This document shows positions 16,657-26,214 of a DNA stretch of 64,000 nt, one piece after another. The DNA is taken from contig CAXNJO010000008.1 in assembly GCA_964202905.1 (NCBI GenBank), forward strand, positions 162,099 through 226,098, written 5' to 3'. Position numbers and translations under genes: made by a program. The first letter of the stretch is position 1; each line of letters starts with the position of its first letter. This stretch comes from Polyangiales bacterium (GTDB lineage: Bacteria; Myxococcota_A; Polyangia; Polyangiales; JADJQN01). The notes beneath the pieces are model-generated. The model did no database searches. It saw only the letters and a list, made by a program, of their open reading frames with translations, and was not told the origin of the DNA.

Positions 16657-18317
16657 CGACGACGCGCACCAAGCGAGACAACCCACCCCCGCGCGACGAG
16701 CAAGGTGTTCCGCTCTTGAGCGGTGAGCTCACGGAGCTCGAAATGTCGGAGCGCCTCGTCAAATGGTTTGGCGACGACCTCCGCTTCTGTCGCGGCCTCA
16801 AGGGATGGCATATCTGGACGGGGACGCATTGGAAGCACGACGAGGCGAAACTCGCTCAAGAGCACGCGAAGGACGTCGCACGTAGGCTCAAGGAAGAAGC
16901 CGACGACGTCCAGGATCGCGGCACACAAAAGAGCGCCAGCCGCGCGGGCTCCCTCAACGGCAACAAGGCGATCCTCGGGCTCGCCGAATCCGAACCGCGC
17001 ATCGTGTTCACCGTCGAGGACGCGGACCGCGACGGGTATCTGCTGAACTGCGCGAACGGTACGGTGGACCTTCGGACGGGCGGGCTTCGACCGCACGACC
17101 GCGGCGACCTTATCACGAAGGTCGCGCCGATCGCGTTCGACCCCGACGCACGCGCCCCGCGCTTCGAAGAGGCTCTCGTCGAGTGGCAACCCGACCCCGA
17201 CGTGCGCGCGTTCCTTCAACGGTGGGCGGGCTACGCGGCGACGGGCGTGATCCGCGATCACGTCCTCCCGGTCGCCTTTGGCGTGGGCGCGAACGGCAAG
17301 AGCACGCTGTTCGATCTGCTCGCGCGAATCCTCGGGGACTACTCGGCGGCGATGCCCGCGCACTTCCTCGCCATCCAAAAGCAAGAGAAGCACGACACCG
17401 AGATCGCACGGCTTCGCGGCGTGCGTCTCGCGGTCGCGAGTGAGACGAGCAACGGGTGCGCGCTCGACGAGGCGAAGGTGAAGCGACTCACCGGCGGGGA
17501 CGTGCTCACCGGGCGCTTCATGCGCGCCGACTTCATCGACTTCCGACCCACGGCGAAGTTCGTGCTGCTCACGAATCATCGACCAAGACTGCGCGGCACG
17601 GACGAGGGCATCCGACGCCGCGTACTGCTCGTGCCGTTCGACAACGTGATCCCCGCGGACAAGCGCGACGGGAAACTCGCCGAGCGCCTCTTCCGAGAGG
17701 AAGCGCCCGGCATCCTCCGGTGGATCGTCGACGGTGCGCGGGATTGGTACGCGCGCGAAGAACGCCTCGAGCCGCCCGCCACCGTCATGACGGCGACCAC
17801 CGAGTATCACGCGGACGAGGACGTGCTTGCGCGCTTCGTGGACGAGCGGTGCACGCGGGACGCCAACGCGAAGGCCGCACCCACCGTCCTCTTCAACGCC
17901 TTCCGAGCATGGTGCGAGAGGAACGGCGAACGGCACGACGTGTCCGCACGCAACATCGGCGAGCGCCTCGACCGGCTTGGATTCAAGCGAGGCCGAAGCC
18001 GTAGCGTCCGCTGGATCGCAGGGATCGCGCTCGAACATGACGGCACGGGGGGGGATGGTGACGATGGTGACGCTTCCACCATTTACCCTCTACACGCGCA
18101 CGCACGCGCGCACACACCGAAGGGGAAGAGGGCGGGTGCGTCACCATCGTCACCGCCGACGAGGACGCCGAGCGTGAGGCGTTCGACAACCTCGGCGGCG
18201 ACCATGAGTGAGCGGCGGGCCCGTCGATTCCTCGGGCTCGTCGTGCTCGTGCTGCTCTCGACGACGTGCGGGGAGCTTCCGGCGTCCTCCCGCGCGACGT
18301 CCGAGCGTGCACTGTGA
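16653..18317 (+). CDS. P4-family/D5-like SF3 primase-helicase
   Basis: WTGTHW, LLNCANGTVDLRTG, GVGANGKST (Walker A), KRLTGGD..RFMRADF..F.PTAK..LTNHRP, GIRRR. Confidence 0.95.
   Translation: MTTTRTKRDNPPPRDEQGVPLLSGELTELEMSERLVKWFGDDLRFCRGLKGWHIWTGTHWKHDEAKLAQEHAKDVARRLKEEADDVQDRGTQKSASRAGSLNGNKAILGLAESEPRIVFTVEDADRDGYLLNCANGTVDLRTGGLRPHDRGDLITKVAPIAFDPDARAPRFEEALVEWQPDPDVRAFLQRWAGYAATGVIRDHVLPVAFGVGANGKSTLFDLLARILGDYSAAMPAHFLAIQKQEKHDTEIARLRGVRLAVASETSNGCALDEAKVKRLTGGDVLTGRFMRADFIDFRPTAKFVLLTNHRPRLRGTDEGIRRRVLLVPFDNVIPADKRDGKLAERLFREEAPGILRWIVDGARDWYAREERLEPPATVMTATTEYHADEDVLARFVDERCTRDANAKAAPTVLFNAFRAWCERNGERHDVSARNIGERLDRLGFKRGRSRSVRWIAGIALEHDGTGGDGDDGDASTIYPLHAHARAHTPKGKRAGASPSSPPTRTPSVRRSTTSAATMSERRARRFLGLVVLVLLSTTCGELPASSRATSERAL
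18057..18154. repeat. 17-bp inverted repeat with internal 9-bp iteration; candidate replication origin
   Basis: GGTGACGATGGTGACGC (18057-18073) and its reverse complement (18138-18154). Confidence 0.75.
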
Positions 18318-18877
18318 GCGAGCCGTTGGAACCCGACGAAACGGCAGACGTAACGGGCGAGGTCCTCGACGACCCGCCCGGCCACCGGCGAGGCGGGCAG
18401 CGCGCACGAGCCGCGGAGCTACTCGCCGAAGGTGCGTCGCCCGTCGAGGTCGCCGCGGCCCTCGGCGTCTCGCGGACGACCGGATGGCGGCTCGCACAGG
18501 AACCGGAGGTCCTCGTCGCGGTCAAGTCGATCCGCGACGCACGAGCGCACAACGCGGCCCTGCGCATTGAACACTTCGCCTCGCGTGCCGCACAGGTCCT
18601 CGGCGAGCTCGTCGACGACCGCGAGATGCCGCCGATCGTGAGGCTTCGCGCCGCGTGCGAGCTCCTGGACCGCGCCGGCTACGGGCACGTCGAACGGAGC
18701 CACCGCGCCCGCGTCGACCGCGAGCTCGCCGGCTTCCTCGACACGTTGAAGCGGACCGTCGACGCCTCGACCTACGTGAGCGTCCTCAAGGCGTTGCACG
18801 CGTGGGCGTCGCACGACGTCGAATCCTCGTCCGCGTTGTGGTCGGAGCAATCGGACGGGAAGGTGTCGCGGGGGTAG
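18314..18877 (+). CDS. HTH protein resembling a terminase small subunit
   Basis: AAELLAEGASPVEVAAALGVSRTTGWR HTH plus VRLRAACELLDRAG; GTGA coupling to the helicase. Confidence 0.6.
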   Translation: MSEPLEPDETADVTGEVLDDPPGHRRGGQRARAAELLAEGASPVEVAAALGVSRTTGWRLAQEPEVLVAVKSIRDARAHNAALRIEHFASRAAQVLGELVDDREMPPIVRLRAACELLDRAGYGHVERSHRARVDRELAGFLDTLKRTVDASTYVSVLKALHAWASHDVESSSALWSEQSDGKVSRG

Positions 18878-18920
18878 ACGCGCCGCTCTAGGGCCTCGAC
18901 ACGGTGCTAACGTCGCGGGC

Positions 18921-19388
18921 GTGCTCGAGAACCTTGAAACCGGCTCGCTCTATCTCTTCCGCGATTGGCCGGTTGCAGCCGTCCCGCGCGCCGCCGGCGT
19001 CTACACCATATGGGAGGCCGATGCTCTCATGTACGTCGGCATGGCCGGGGCTCGCCGCACGGAAGCGGAGATCGCGGAGCGGGCCACAACGAAGCGGGTC
19101 GGGCTCGCCGACCGTCTTACAAGCCACGCCCGCGGTTGGCGAAGCGGCGACCAATTCGCCGTGTACGTCTGCGACCGGCTCGTGCTCCCGACGTTGAGCC
19201 GCGAACAGATCGAAGCGGTCGCCGCGGGCGCGAGGTCGTTGGACGTGCTCACGCGAGACTACATCCGCGCGCACCTCGGGTTTCGCTTCATCGCGACCGA
19301 GGACGGTACAAGCGCGACCGCTCTTGAGCGCCGTGCACGCGGGGGCGAACTTCGCGCCGGCAAGCCTCGTCTGAATCCCGGCCGTTGA
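18921..19388 (+). CDS. GIY-YIG-family nuclease
   Basis: GVYTIW...YVGMAG, LADRLTSH, ALE, PRLN in GIY-YIG order. Confidence 0.7.
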   Translation: MLENLETGSLYLFRDWPVAAVPRAAGVYTIWEADALMYVGMAGARRTEAEIAERATTKRVGLADRLTSHARGWRSGDQFAVYVCDRLVLPTLSREQIEAVAAGARSLDVLTRDYIRAHLGFRFIATEDGTSATALERRARGGELRAGKPRLNPGR

Positions 19389-20061
19389 ACCGCGAGCGAT
19401 CCGCCGCGCGCGGAAGGTGTGCCGCCGGCCCCGCGTGGGGCGTCGACGAGGACGAGCGCCTCGAGGTGCGGGTCGCACGGGGAAGCGCGCTCGCGGGCCC
19501 GTAGCGCGTCCTCGAGGACGACGACGAGGATCGGCCCGGCGTGGCCATCGACGTTGCCAGCCCGCGGAGGTCGACGGGAGCGGCGACGCCTCGACGTGTC
19601 GGCGACGTTGCCCGCGCGCGGAGGTCGTCGACGACGGCCGGGCCCTCGACGAGCGCCAAGCGTCAACGCCGGGCCGTGGCGGGCTCCACAATCGGCGCGC
19701 CGCTGTTGACGTGTTCAGTGTCGGTCGGGCCGCTCGAAGCGACGCACGGGCCAGCTACGGCCGGCGGCTTGCCGCGCGCGGAGGTCGACGGGGACGGGGA
19801 CGGCGACGTCTCGATGCGCCGCCATCGGCCGGGCGTGTTGCCCACACGGAAGCGCACCCGCGGCCCGCGACGGCGGCAGCGTGAAACGCTTGTCGAACGT
19901 GGGCTTTGGCGTGGGCAAAGGCGTGGGCAACGTCCGCCATCCGTCGCCGACTTCGGCCTAGTTTGCCCACGATGGCGATCGCGCCCTTGAACCGCCGAAG
20001 AGCGCCGAAGCCCTTGTTTATAAGGCGTTTCGCGCGATGCATCGAGCGAAGAGGGCACGGA

Positions 20062-20105
20062 TTCCTAAACCGTTGGCCGCACGTTCGATTCGTGCCGGGA
20101 GCGCC
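20062..20105 (+). repeat. attR core
   Basis: 44-bp copy of the tRNA-Arg 3' part, starting in the anticodon loop. Confidence 0.95.
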
Positions 20106-20137
20106 CAGTTGGCGGGGGAGCGTGGGGCGCGTGCGCG

Positions 20138-20686
20138 TCAGGGGCCGGGCGGTGCGCCGCCGTCGAAGCCCGGGGGCGGCACGGGCTCGCGCACGACGTG
20201 GACGCGCTGCTCGGCCACGGCGACGGCCCCGTCGCGCGTCTCGACCCGCGCGCGCACGATGACGTCCTCGTCGAGCACGTCCTCGGCGCTCAGCACCTCG
20301 GCGCGGAGACCATAGATTTCTTGGCGATCCGCGCCCGGAACGCGGTCGAAGCTCACGCGCACGCGGAACGGGTACGACACGATCGCGCCGTCGCGCACGC
20401 GCTCGTAGGTGACCTCGACGAGCGGGGACATCGTCGTCGCGGGGTTCCGCGCGCGCAGCGAGGTCCAGATGTGGAAGCCGCCCTGCGGGCCCGCGACCAG
20501 CTCGCCCGTGGCCGGCGGCTCGTAGGGAACGAAGCGGTCGTAGCCCGTGCCGAGTTCGAGCCAGTCCGCGGGCGGTCTCGCGTCGGGCGGGGTACCTGCG
20601 TCGCCCGTGTCGATGTCGCCGCCGCAGCCGACGCACGCCGCGGCGACGACCAGCGCGAGCTGCAGTGCGGCCCGCGCGGCCGTCAC
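20138..20686 (-). CDS. Hypothetical lipoprotein
   Basis: Hydrophobic signal ending ACVGC, then GPQGGFHIW; GTGA overlap with the upstream gene. Confidence 0.7.
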   Translation of the reverse strand: MTAARAALQLALVVAAACVGCGGDIDTGDAGTPPDARPPADWLELGTGYDRFVPYEPPATGELVAGPQGGFHIWTSLRARNPATTMSPLVEVTYERVRDGAIVSYPFRVRVSFDRVPGADRQEIYGLRAEVLSAEDVLDEDVIVRARVETRDGAVAVAEQRVHVVREPVPPPGFDGGAPPGP

Positions 20687-22029
20687 GGCACCCGCGCGAG
20701 CAGCGCGATGAACTCGTCGGGCGGCACGAAGTGCTTGAGCCGCGTCACTTCCGCGCCGTCCGGGCCGTGGAGCACGACGAGCGGCAGGCCACGCTCGTTG
20801 TAGGAGCGAAGCACCGCGCGCTTCTCGGGGGTGTCCTTGTCGGGGCTGAGATCGACGCGCACCGGCACGAAGTCGCGCGCGGCGGAGACGACGCGCGGAT
20901 CGCTGAACGTGTCGCGGTCCAGCTCGCCGCACGCGCCGCACCAGGAGGCGCCGAAGTCGACGAGCAGCGGCTTGTGCTCGCGAAGCGCACGCGCGCGCGC
21001 GGCGGCGTAGTCCTCCATCCACTCGATGCGGGCGCCGGGCGGCAGGGCGCTCAGCCAACCCACCAACGCCACGAGGCCCGCGGAGGCGAGCGCGATGCCG
21101 ACGCCCTTGCGCACGCGCGCGCTCCACGCGTCGTGGAAGGAGAGGTGCACGGCGCCGAGCGCGAGACCCACCACGACGAGCGCGAGCGCCCCGGCGAGCC
21201 AAGGGGTGGTGCGCTGCACGACGTCGCCGAGGCCGACCAGGTCGCGCACGTAGTAGACCGCGGCGACGATCATCACGAGGCCGAACGCGCTCTTCGTCCA
21301 CTCGACCCAGGCGCCGGACTTCGGCAGCGAGATGGCGAACGTGCCGACGCACCACGTGAGCGTGCCGAGCCCGAGCGCGTACACGAACATCGCGAGTCCA
21401 CCGAAGGCGACGCTGCGCGTGGTGCCGATCCAGGAGAGCAGCGCACCGACCACGGGGCCCGTGCACGGCGCCGCGATGATCGAGCTGACGAGGCCGAAGA
21501 GGAACGCGCCGAGGAAGCCGACACCCCCGACCGTCGAGAGGCGGTTTTGCAACGAGGGCGGCAGGTTCAGCTCGAATGCGCCGAACATCGACGCCGCGAG
21601 CGCGAGGAAGAGCACCGCGAGCGGCACGAGCACCCACGGGCTCGCGAGCGCCGCGCCGAACAGGTCGCCCGAGAGCCCCGCGACGACGCCGAGCGGCGTG
21701 AAGAGCGTGGCGATGCCGAGGACGAAGGAGGTCGAGAGTTTCGCGCCCTCGAGCCGGCTCTTCGCCTGTCGGGCGCCAAAAACGCTCACCGTGATGGCGA
21801 TCATCGGGAACACGCACGGCGTGAGCGAGGTCGCGAGGCCCGCGAGGAAGATGAGCCCGAGCGAGAGCCCCCACGTACCGTCCGCGAGCGAGCGCTCGAA
21901 CGTCTGCGCGAGATCGCCGAGGAAGTCGGCGTGGGCCGTCGTGGGCGCTGCGAGCAGCGCGACCAGGACGGCGAGGGCGCCGGCGACGTGCGTCGCGGGC
22001 AGCGGAAAGCGGCGAAGCGGCGAGGACAT
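20683..22029 (-). CDS. dsbD: DsbD/CcdA membrane domain fused to thioredoxin (protein-disulfide reductase)
   Basis: SLTPCVFPMI and AAPCTGP transmembrane cysteines; DFGASWCGAC thioredoxin. Confidence 0.9.
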   Translation of the reverse strand: MSSPLRRFPLPATHVAGALAVLVALLAAPTTAHADFLGDLAQTFERSLADGTWGLSLGLIFLAGLATSLTPCVFPMIAITVSVFGARQAKSRLEGAKLSTSFVLGIATLFTPLGVVAGLSGDLFGAALASPWVLVPLAVLFLALAASMFGAFELNLPPSLQNRLSTVGGVGFLGAFLFGLVSSIIAAPCTGPVVGALLSWIGTTRSVAFGGLAMFVYALGLGTLTWCVGTFAISLPKSGAWVEWTKSAFGLVMIVAAVYYVRDLVGLGDVVQRTTPWLAGALALVVVGLALGAVHLSFHDAWSARVRKGVGIALASAGLVALVGWLSALPPGARIEWMEDYAAARARALREHKPLLVDFGASWCGACGELDRDTFSDPRVVSAARDFVPVRVDLSPDKDTPEKRAVLRSYNERGLPLVVLHGPDGAEVTRLKHFVPPDEFIALLARVP

Positions 22030-22148
22030 CGGCCGCGAATCTAGCAGCCCCGCGCGCGTTCGTCGTCGGGCGCCGCGCGCGCGGCATGCGTGGCACCGAA
22101 CGCTTTGACCGCTCCGGTGGGGGTCGATACGATGGCGGCGCCTTGCCG

Positions 22149-22697
22149 ATGCCCACGCTGTTCCTGCTCGCCTTCGCCTCGGGCGTCGCCGCGGCGCTCG
22201 CTTCGAGGCGGGAGCTGCGCCTCAGCCCGCGGCCCGCGGTGCTCACGCTCGGGTTCGGCGCGCTCGCGCTGTTCCTATGCCTCGTGCTCGTGCCGGTGTC
22301 CGTCTATTTCTTCGTGTTTCACGGTGACTGGGCGCTGCACTACCTCGTCGACGTGGCGTCGGTTCCCTCGGCGGTCGCGCTCGTTGGCTTCATGCTCGAG
22401 GTCGCGCTCGGCGCGGGCGGCTTCGCGGTGGGTGCAGCCCTCGTGCGCGGTCAGCGCGAGCCGATCGCCGCCGCGCTCCTCGCCGGGGTCGTGCTGGTAG
22501 GGGCCGCCGCGCTCGTCGTCGCACGCGAGCGCCTCGCGGTGGTGGGCACCTGGGCGCAATTCCATGGGGGCTTCGGCCTCGCGCCGTTTGGCGTCGGCAC
22601 GATGGTCTACGAGACTGTCGTGATGGCCGTCTTCGTCGTGCTCGGGCTCGGCTACCTGATCGCGCGGGTCACGACGGGCGGTCGCCGCGGGGTGTGA
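22149..22697 (+). CDS. Hypothetical integral membrane protein
   Basis: About five hydrophobic segments; HGDWALHYL. Confidence 0.7.
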   Translation: MPTLFLLAFASGVAAALASRRELRLSPRPAVLTLGFGALALFLCLVLVPVSVYFFVFHGDWALHYLVDVASVPSAVALVGFMLEVALGAGGFAVGAALVRGQREPIAAALLAGVVLVGAAALVVARERLAVVGTWAQFHGGFGLAPFGVGTMVYETVVMAVFVVLGLGYLIARVTTGGRRGV

Positions 22698-22739
22698 CGC
22701 GCGGTCCGGGTCTGCTTCCGCGCGCGTTGCGCCCGAGAG

Positions 22740-24362
22740 TCAGCAGATCGGCTCGATGCGACGGATCCCCTTGCGCGACACGACCACGCGGATGCGGTGC
22801 CACGGCGACTCCACCCCCTCCGCGCGGAGGCGGTACACGATCGCGATGTTGTAAACGCGCGGCGCGACCGCCGAGTAGATCTGGCGATCGTCCGGGTCGG
22901 CGAACACGATCTTGCGGCTCGGGTCGTCGGTGTGATCGAGCCACCGGCGGAGATTGAGGCGAAAGATCTCGGTGAGCGCCGTGAAGCGCGCGTCGGCCGC
23001 GGCGACGCGTCGGCCGTGCACGATCACGGTCTTGTGGTGCCAGAGCACGCGCTCGGGGCGCGCGCTCTCCTCGAAGGGGTGCGTCCGCGTCATCCTTCGC
23101 ACGGCGAGCGCCTCCGACGGCACGCTCGCGAACGGCAGGAATGCGCTGCGCTCCTCGACCTCGCCGAGCCGCACCTCGCGCTCGCGGTCGAGGATGCGCC
23201 AGCGCCGATCGGGGAAGTGCTTTTGCACGACGCGGGAGAACGTGCCCTGCAGCGCCGCCTTGATGCGGTCCTTCGCGGCGTAGGCGAGCACCACGAGCAG
23301 GGCGCCTGTCCAGAGGTTGCCCGCGGCGCCCGGTATCATGGCGCTGTTGCCCTGCAACATCGCGAGCACGAACGCGAAGCCCATCGCGACGCTCGCCGCG
23401 ACCGCGTAGAGCAGCTCGAGCGCCCAGCGCGCGCCGGCGCGGACCTCGAGCGTGAGCCAGAGCACGGAGGACGTGAAGCGCTTGAGCACGTGCCGGCGGA
23501 ACTCGAGGTGCTCGATCTCGCGGTCGTCGACGTTCGCGTGGCCGACGCTGCGCAGCCCGCGGGCCGCGCGTTGCCGGGCCTCGTCGACCGCGCCGGCGGC
23601 GACCATCGCGACCACGCGCTCCTCGACGCCCGCGGCCCGCTGCGCGATGGCGAGTGAGCCGAGCAACGCCTCGAGCGCGCGCGAGACGTCCTCGTCGATC
23701 CAGGTGCAGGCCTCCCTCAGCGCGACGTCCTCCGCCGGCACGGCGTCGAGCGCGGTCCGGAGCGCCGCGATGACGCGGGCGGAGCTCTGCACGAGCCGTT
23801 GCGACGCGTCCGCGACCCCCGGGGCGCTCTCGGGCAAGTCGTGCAGCATCCCGAGGATGCGCCGCCGCGCGACGCCGCTCGATGCGCGGACGAGGCACGC
23901 GAAGAACCGCAACTCGCGGAGCGCGGCGTCGGTGTCGGACCCGGGTCCAAGGGCCTTCCGCAGCCGCTCGACCGGCTCGCCCCCGAGCGCCTCGAACGCC
24001 ATCGAAGGCACGGCAAAACGCACGTACGACTGCAGATCCTCGTAGATTTCGTTCTTCGCGTAGGTCTGATCGTGGAGCCTCAGGCTCTCAGGCACGAAGA
24101 AGTATGCGTCCCACTCGAAGCGCTGCGGGGCGTCCGCGGCGGGTTGTCCGGCACGGATGCGGTAGTCGACGGCGAACTCGAGGTGCGTGCGGTCGTGCAC
24201 GCGCCACTCGGGCTCGCGGGGCACGTCCCCTGCCGAGAGGTCGCTGATCAGGCTCGCGAACTCGCTCGAGCCAGTCGCTTCCTCCTCCTCGAACACACCG
24301 AGCACGAGCGGCCGCGGCGCGCGCTTCGCGGGGCGTGAAGGATTCTTCGTGGAGCTCCCCAT
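22740..24362 (-). CDS. Hypothetical membrane-anchored protein
   Basis: Long protein-like ORF (RVHDRTHLEF, YFFVPESL) with two transmembrane helices; start placed at MGSSTK. Confidence 0.75.
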   Translation of the reverse strand: MGSSTKNPSRPAKRAPRPLVLGVFEEEEATGSSEFASLISDLSAGDVPREPEWRVHDRTHLEFAVDYRIRAGQPAADAPQRFEWDAYFFVPESLRLHDQTYAKNEIYEDLQSYVRFAVPSMAFEALGGEPVERLRKALGPGSDTDAALRELRFFACLVRASSGVARRRILGMLHDLPESAPGVADASQRLVQSSARVIAALRTALDAVPAEDVALREACTWIDEDVSRALEALLGSLAIAQRAAGVEERVVAMVAAGAVDEARQRAARGLRSVGHANVDDREIEHLEFRRHVLKRFTSSVLWLTLEVRAGARWALELLYAVAASVAMGFAFVLAMLQGNSAMIPGAAGNLWTGALLVVLAYAAKDRIKAALQGTFSRVVQKHFPDRRWRILDREREVRLGEVEERSAFLPFASVPSEALAVRRMTRTHPFEESARPERVLWHHKTVIVHGRRVAAADARFTALTEIFRLNLRRWLDHTDDPSRKIVFADPDDRQIYSAVAPRVYNIAIVYRLRAEGVESPWHRIRVVVSRKGIRRIEPIC

Positions 24363-24585
24363 CTCGTGCGCGACTCTCCGAAGGTGACGAGGGAGTGATA
24401 GCGTGTGACGGACGCGTGACACCGCAAGCACTTTCTCCGGCGCGGCGCGGCGAGGCTCCGGCCCGGAGCGCTGCGGCGCGCGCGTCGGCGAGTGTTGACG
24501 CCTGCGCGCTGCGCGAGGTAGCGTCACGGCGCTGCCACGCCCGCGCGATATCCCGTCGCGAGGGGGCGCCCCCGCCGAGCCAACG

Positions 24586-24900
24586 ATGCGCGCACCTCTC
24601 TCCATCCCCGTCGTCGTCGGGCTCGGCGTCGCGTCGCTCGCGGCCGGCGGCTGCAACCCCATGCTCTACACGATGCACGTCGGGGCGGCGGCGCACAGCG
24701 TCGAGGAGGCCCGCCTCGCCGACGCGCCCAACCACGCGCCGTACGAGTACTACCTCGCTGAGGCGTACCTCGACAAAGCGCGCGAAGAGGCTGCCCGCGG
24801 CCAGTACCAGGACGCACGCCGCTTCGCGAGCGTCGCGGAGGAGCATGGCGTGAAGGGCCGCGACCTCGCGCGGCGTCACATGCGGGAGACCGGACGCTGA
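24586..24900 (+). CDS. DUF4398-like lipoprotein
   Basis: Lipobox AGGC; APYEYYLAEAYLDKAREEA. Confidence 0.8.
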   Translation: MRAPLSIPVVVGLGVASLAAGGCNPMLYTMHVGAAAHSVEEARLADAPNHAPYEYYLAEAYLDKAREEAARGQYQDARRFASVAEEHGVKGRDLARRHMRETGR

Positions 24901-26066
24901 TGCGGATCACGTCTGCGTGCCGCCGCGGCTCGGTTCCCCGCGGCGCCGTCGTCGGCACGCTGGCCGCGTTGGCGTTGGCCGTCGGCTGTGGCCGCGGGAC
25001 ACTCCTCGCCGGCCGGATCAGCGGCCTCCGCGACATCGTCGAGCAGGCGGAGCGCAACGGCGCCTACCGCTGCGCGCCCCGGGAACTCGCGCTCGCGCAG
25101 GCGAACCTCGAGTTCGCCTCGACCGAGCTGGGACAGGGCGACGCCGCCCGCGCCGACGATCACGTCGAGCTCGCGGAACCCAACGCGCGCGCCGCGCTGC
25201 GCATGAGCCCCGCTGCGCGCTGTGCGCCTCGGGGCGTCGCGGTCGTGCGCCGCGCGCCCCCGCCCCCGCCGCCGCCTCCGCCGCAGCCGGGCGATCGGGA
25301 CGGCGATGGCATCCTCGACGACGTCGACCAGTGCCCCGCCGAGCCGGAAGACTTCGACGGTTTCGAGGACGCGGAGGGCTGCCCCGAGGACCAGGACTCG
25401 GACGGCGACGGCCTGAGCGATGCGCGTGACGCGTGCGTCGCGGAGCCTGAGGACCTCGACGGCTACGTGGACACCGACGGCTGCCCGGAGCCGGACAACG
25501 ACCTCGACGGCGTGCTCGACGGCGCGGACCGCTGCGGGAACGACGCCGAAGACCCGGACGGCTTCCAGGACACCGACGGCTGCCCCGACCGCGACAACGA
25601 CACCGACGGTGTGCCCGACGTCGGCGACCGCTGCCCGAACGAGCCTGGCCCCGAGAGCGAGCAGGGGTGCCCGCGCGTCTACCAGGACGTCCAGATCACG
25701 GACAACGCGATCCGGATCACCCAGATGATCCACTTCGAGTTCAACCGTGCGGTCATCCGCCCCGAGTCGTTTGGCATCCTCAACACGGTCGCGCAGGTGC
25801 TGCGCGATTTCCCGAACATCACGCTCGAGATCGGCGGGCACACCGACAGCCGCGGCAACGACGCTGCGAACCTGCGCCTCTCCTCGGACCGGGCCGAGGC
25901 GGTGCGGTCCTACCTCATCGGTCAGGGGACGGCCGCCAACCGGCTGACTTCCCGCGGCTTCGGGGAGACGGCCCCCATCGAGTCGAACCGCTCGGACTCC
26001 GGCCGGGCGGCCAACCGCCGTGTCGAGTTCGTGCGCACGGACTCCAACGCGAATGCCGGGCGCTAG
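24900..26066 (+). CDS. OmpA-family lipoprotein with DUF4398-like N-terminus and TSP3 Ca-binding repeats
   Basis: Lipobox AVGC; DxDGDG..D.CP..PED.DG..DGCP repeats; GHTDSRG, NLRLSSDRAEAV, RAANRRVEF. Confidence 0.93.
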   Translation: MRITSACRRGSVPRGAVVGTLAALALAVGCGRGTLLAGRISGLRDIVEQAERNGAYRCAPRELALAQANLEFASTELGQGDAARADDHVELAEPNARAALRMSPAARCAPRGVAVVRRAPPPPPPPPPQPGDRDGDGILDDVDQCPAEPEDFDGFEDAEGCPEDQDSDGDGLSDARDACVAEPEDLDGYVDTDGCPEPDNDLDGVLDGADRCGNDAEDPDGFQDTDGCPDRDNDTDGVPDVGDRCPNEPGPESEQGCPRVYQDVQITDNAIRITQMIHFEFNRAVIRPESFGILNTVAQVLRDFPNITLEIGGHTDSRGNDAANLRLSSDRAEAVRSYLIGQGTAANRLTSRGFGETAPIESNRSDSGRAANRRVEFVRTDSNANAGR

Positions 26067-26214
26067 TCCGGCGACGGGGCGCGGCGTGCGGGCCGGCCGC
26101 GCCGGACGCGCGACGACCGGCCTCGCGGCATGGCGCGCCGCCGCCCCGTGGCGTGCCGAACGAGACGTTTTTCCGGCGGCGTCCGGACGATCCGTGGACG
26201 GAGAGAGAAGAACC

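Larger units (their letters stand above)
13101..20105. mobile_element. ~7 kb integrated element, phage-satellite/PICI-like
   Basis: Identical 44-bp direct repeats at both ends; integrase, Xis, Prim-Pol, D5/P4 helicase, TerS-like HTH; no capsid, tail or conjugation genes. Confidence 0.9.

Noticed and set aside
20062..20105. Second tRNA-Arg gene
   Set aside because: Only the 3' part from the anticodon loop is present; it is attR
13101..20105. Complete prophage or ICE
   Set aside because: No capsid, portal, large terminase, tail, lysis, relaxase or T4SS genes
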